From Protoeuglena noctilucae (Eukaryota): a stretch of DNA of 64,000 nucleotides. The translations under genes were made by a program, and so were the position numbers. The stretch lies in contig OY253688.1 in NCBI GenBank assembly GCA_958009085.1, forward strand, positions 186,001 through 250,000, written 5' to 3'. Below, in pieces: positions 61,152 to 64,000 of the stretch (its first letter is position 1; each line of letters begins with the position of its first letter). The notes beneath the pieces are model-generated. The model saw nothing but the letters and a program-made list of their open reading frames with translations. It had not been told where the DNA came from and did no database searches.

Positions 61152-61986
61152 TCAAAGTGCGTTTCCGTCGCGTGTGATGCGGCGCAGCAACACTTCGAAC
61201 AGGACCGGCTCGTCCTTGTGGGCCAGCAGCTGGCGCTGCGTGCTGAATGTAGGCGGTTGCGGCTCGGCGTCGGGGCGAGCTTGGTATCCCAGGGACGGTG
61301 GGACCAGAATCCTGCGCTTGCCACCCTTCCTCATCCCTTGAAGGCCCTGTGGACGGGTGCGTCGCGGTGCACATCATCCGGCGACAGGCCAGGCCCGGAC
61401 ATCCATGCTGCCGCGCGTGCCCCGCACCTCGCTGAGCCCGGCCACGGTCGGGGCGCCCACGACGAGGGACACGGGCCCGACGGGTACGTCGCTGGGCTGG
61501 AAGGACACGCCCTCGACCGTGCTGTAGATGAAGTACCCGTTCGATCTCCGCAGCACGTAATCGAGCAGGACGACGTCCCCCGGCTCGACCACTGCGCCGT
61601 CGCCGTCGGCGATGATTTGGACACGCACGCCACTCTCAAGCCGCAGGAACCTGGGCTGGTCCTCCGACTCCGGCACGGCCAGGCCAGGGCTCGTCCAATC
61701 CCCTGTGCACAAAGGAGCACATAGTACGGATGAGGTCCCCGGCACGACTGGACAAGCCAGCACCACCATGGCCTCGCTGACCTTGGCTCGGTTTCACCAC
61801 AGACTTCGCGGACGCAACCGGGACCCCCAGAAGTCCCGCGAGCGGCGCCCCGATGGCCACGAGCCTGCGATGAGCAGCGCATCCGCAGAAACGGCGCTGC
61901 ACCGGCGGCCTCTGAGGCGGTCCGGGGGCTGCACGACGGCAACACGCAGACCATGGCTTCGATCGGAGCAAAAGGATCCCGTCCAT
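61152..61986 (-). CDS. FKBP16-1: Chloroplast FKBP-type PPIase, FKBP16-1-like
   Basis: Twin-Arg lumenal-type signal, then LESGVRVQII.DG.G...GDVVLLDYVLRRSNGYFIYSTV, GMRKGGKRRILVPPSLGY and RQLLAHKDEPVLFEV. There are 2 introns. Confidence 0.85.
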
Positions 61987-62364
61987 CGCCGTCCCGCACC
62001 GCCAGGAACGCGCCACGACACCCACAGTTGGTGGAACGCAATGCGTGGTTGTCTTTTTACCTTCAACTTCAGGAATAGGACAAGGTACGGTCTGAGAGTA
62101 CCCTTTTGCTTCCATCTCAGAGAAGATGATCTCCAAATCCTCGCCGGTTCAGCGAGGAATGGCCGGCTAGCGGCTACTACCCGGGCTAGGGTTCTTGAGG
62201 GTAGCGTACCCACTTAGCCTGCTAGCCTGAGCTGCCTCTTGAAGCTCTCCCCGGCGGAAGATAAAGAAAGTCGCAGATTGCAGATTGCGTAGAGCTGACT
62301 GCGCACGACGTGGCCTCTACAGCGCGGAAAAGGCATGTCTTGAACACGCGCGACGCGGGGCGTC

Positions 62365-64000
62365 ATGACGGCCTCCCCTCCCTCGGCACTGCCCGGAGTC
62401 GCAGACTTGTTGCCGAAGAGCGCCACGTCGCTCAGATGGTGAGGCCATTTCAGCAACGCGGTGGCCACCGCTCGGCTTGGGCTTTTCACTGCGTCTCGTC
62501 GCGCTCTTTTCGCAGGCACCTCATCGCTGCCCTCGTCGCCGGCTTTGCGGTGTCGTGGACGGTCTCGAGGGTCTGGGACACGGCCTGCGCGGGGGCGAAT
62601 AGCCGAGGTGCTCTCCCTGAGCGGTGCCTGTGCGGCAGCGTGACCGAGGCGGACAGCGCGGGACGTCCGCGTGACGATGTAACAGTCAATAATCGCTTGT
62701 CCTTCCCCGCAGGCTGCGCGATCGTGTTGTGGGCGGCGTACCCGCTATGGCTCGTCTGGAGGGCCGCCAAATGGCTGGTGGTCGACCCGCTGACAGCGCC
62801 GATCGCGTCCCTATGGCGTCTGGTGTGTGTGAGTCTGGTGGAATACTTCGCAGCCCTGGACCCCGCGACGCAGCTGGTGGTGGCCTTTGTGGGCGGCGCG
62901 GCGGCGATGGTGGTGCTTTCGGCTGTCGTCATCGTCCGCTTCGTGCGAAGCATATTCCGGCCGGACCCGAACTCGGCACCGCTTGTGCCACGTCGATGGC
63001 TCAGGCATCGCCAGGAGGCGTTGCGGCAGGTCCTGGTGAGTCCACCACGGGACTGCACTGCGCTGTTCGGACCTGCTGTTCCGTCGTGGCGCGACTCGAA
63101 AGCAGCGGAGGAAAACGCGTGCGGGGAGCTCTATATGAGGGGAGCTTGACCCACCCCCACGTCTTGCATGCACTTCAGGAGACCAAGGGGGAGCACGCGT
63201 TCCCTCCACTGCCCTCCGTCCCTGGAGTCAAGCAGCCCTTCCTCATCGAGTACGAGGCGCACAGCCGCGCGGGTGAAATGCGCGGGTGGCTCTGGGTCAT
63301 GCTGGGCTCCGACTACGACGGCACCTTCAGCAAGACATGGCCGCCCCTTGCTGAGGCAAGTTAACTCTGCCGCCCAAATGTTGCCCAATGCTGCTGGCAG
63401 TGTAGTGCATCACATGCGTACCTTTCATCGCACTACGACCGGATATAAAGAGGGTCGCTTGCGGGAGATTTGCGTCGGCATGCTCCATGACTGCACGCAG
63501 ACACCCGATGCCCCTGCGCGGCGGTGGTATTGCACACTTCGACTGGCTGAAGGTCCCCCTATGGCGACCTCCGCGTCGGAGGAGGCTCCTGGCGTGGCCG
63601 TCCCAGGCCGCAGCCCGGGACCTGGGAAGAGGGAGCCGGCGGAGCGTCGCGGCCCTGTGCTCGTCCTTTCTGAGGTGTGAGGACCTGAGGAGGGAGCCCA
63701 TTCGACGGCTGGAATGCTTCAGACAGCGCGCGCTCGGACAATGTCGAGCGTGGACGCTTTCGTGACTGCCCTCTCACGGCCTGTTTGCATGCAGGTGCAC
63801 CCTGATGCGCCTGTCGCACCTGGCAAGCGCCCCTTGGAGATTTTCGTCGACTTGACAGAGTGCGAGGCGAGCATCTACCGGGAAGGCCAGATGGCGGACG
63901 CTTATGTCTTTCAGAAGCGCGGCCCAGTCCTGCTCTCCCATCCCCGACGCACGCTCCTCGGCTCCGATCGCGCGCTGTGTCTCTTCGCATACAATGCTGC
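62365..64000 (+). CDS. Membrane-anchored PH-like domain protein, probably TEX2-like (SMP lipid-transfer family); 3' end outside the window
   Basis: N-terminal hydrophobic helices, then MRGWLWVM, RRWYCTL...VLVLSE and VDLTECEA...QKRGPVLLSHPRRTLLG...LCLFAY, resembling the PH region of plant TEX2. Five introns splice in frame. Confidence 0.6.

Noticed and set aside
36716..61986. Apparent clustering of plastid genes (TIC236, TrxL4, ARC6, CYP38, FKBP16-1)
   Set aside because: Plastid-targeted proteins are a large fraction of algal genes, and these are interspersed with unrelated genes. They share no single pathway.
2625..63800. Introner-like (repeated, transposon-derived) introns as an explanation for the high intron density and GC donors
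   Set aside because: I saw no shared sequence, terminal inverted repeats or consistent target duplications among introns by eye. An all-vs-all intron BLAST would be needed to exclude this fully.
1..64000. Hundreds of long overlapping six-frame ORFs rich in Arg/Pro/Ala/Gly
   Set aside because: These are expected shadow ORFs in very GC-rich DNA. Nearly all overlap recognisable spliced genes in another frame or strand and carry no motifs.
1..64000. Possible alternative genetic code (stop reassignment, as in some ulvophytes)
   Set aside because: TAA, TAG and TGA all terminate well-supported genes, and no in-frame stops remain in conserved exons after splicing.

Overview
This is eukaryotic nuclear DNA, GC-rich and intron-dense, from a green alga (Chlorophyta). 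The assignment is inferred from nuclear-encoded PsbY, TIC236, ARC6, CYP38, FKBP16-1 and an arginine deiminase. Most raw six-frame ORFs are artefacts of high GC and splicing. By splicing exons by hand I reconstruct 27 protein-coding genes with about 145 short spliceosomal introns: UbiA/DGGGPS-like prenyltransferase, ADI, TFIIF-alpha, ARIADNE E3, THUMP protein, sorting nexin, CHCH protein, NDC1, PsbY polyprotein, COM1/CtIP, vWA/ITIH-like, NOP10, EHD, PRMT10, SPPL, Mpv17, TIC236, TrxL4, ankyrin protein, DnaJ-thioredoxin, TMEM18, PDX1, ARC6, CYP38, DCP5/LSM14, FKBP16-1 and a partial TEX2-like gene. I recognised no rRNA, tRNA, CRISPR array or transposon. The most striking signals are architectural. 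First, genes alternate strand almost perfectly (25 of 26 neighbour pairs), with convergent stop codons only 10-380 nt apart. Second, about 26 of about 145 introns (roughly 18%) use GC-AG rather than GT-AG donors. Third, the three-unit PsbY polyprotein has near-identical exons separated by unrelated introns. Fourth, a 49-bp tandem repeat triplicates a splice donor in the ARIADNE gene. All exon boundaries were inferred by eye and need RNA-seq confirmation; CDS coordinates give the start-to-stop span including introns.
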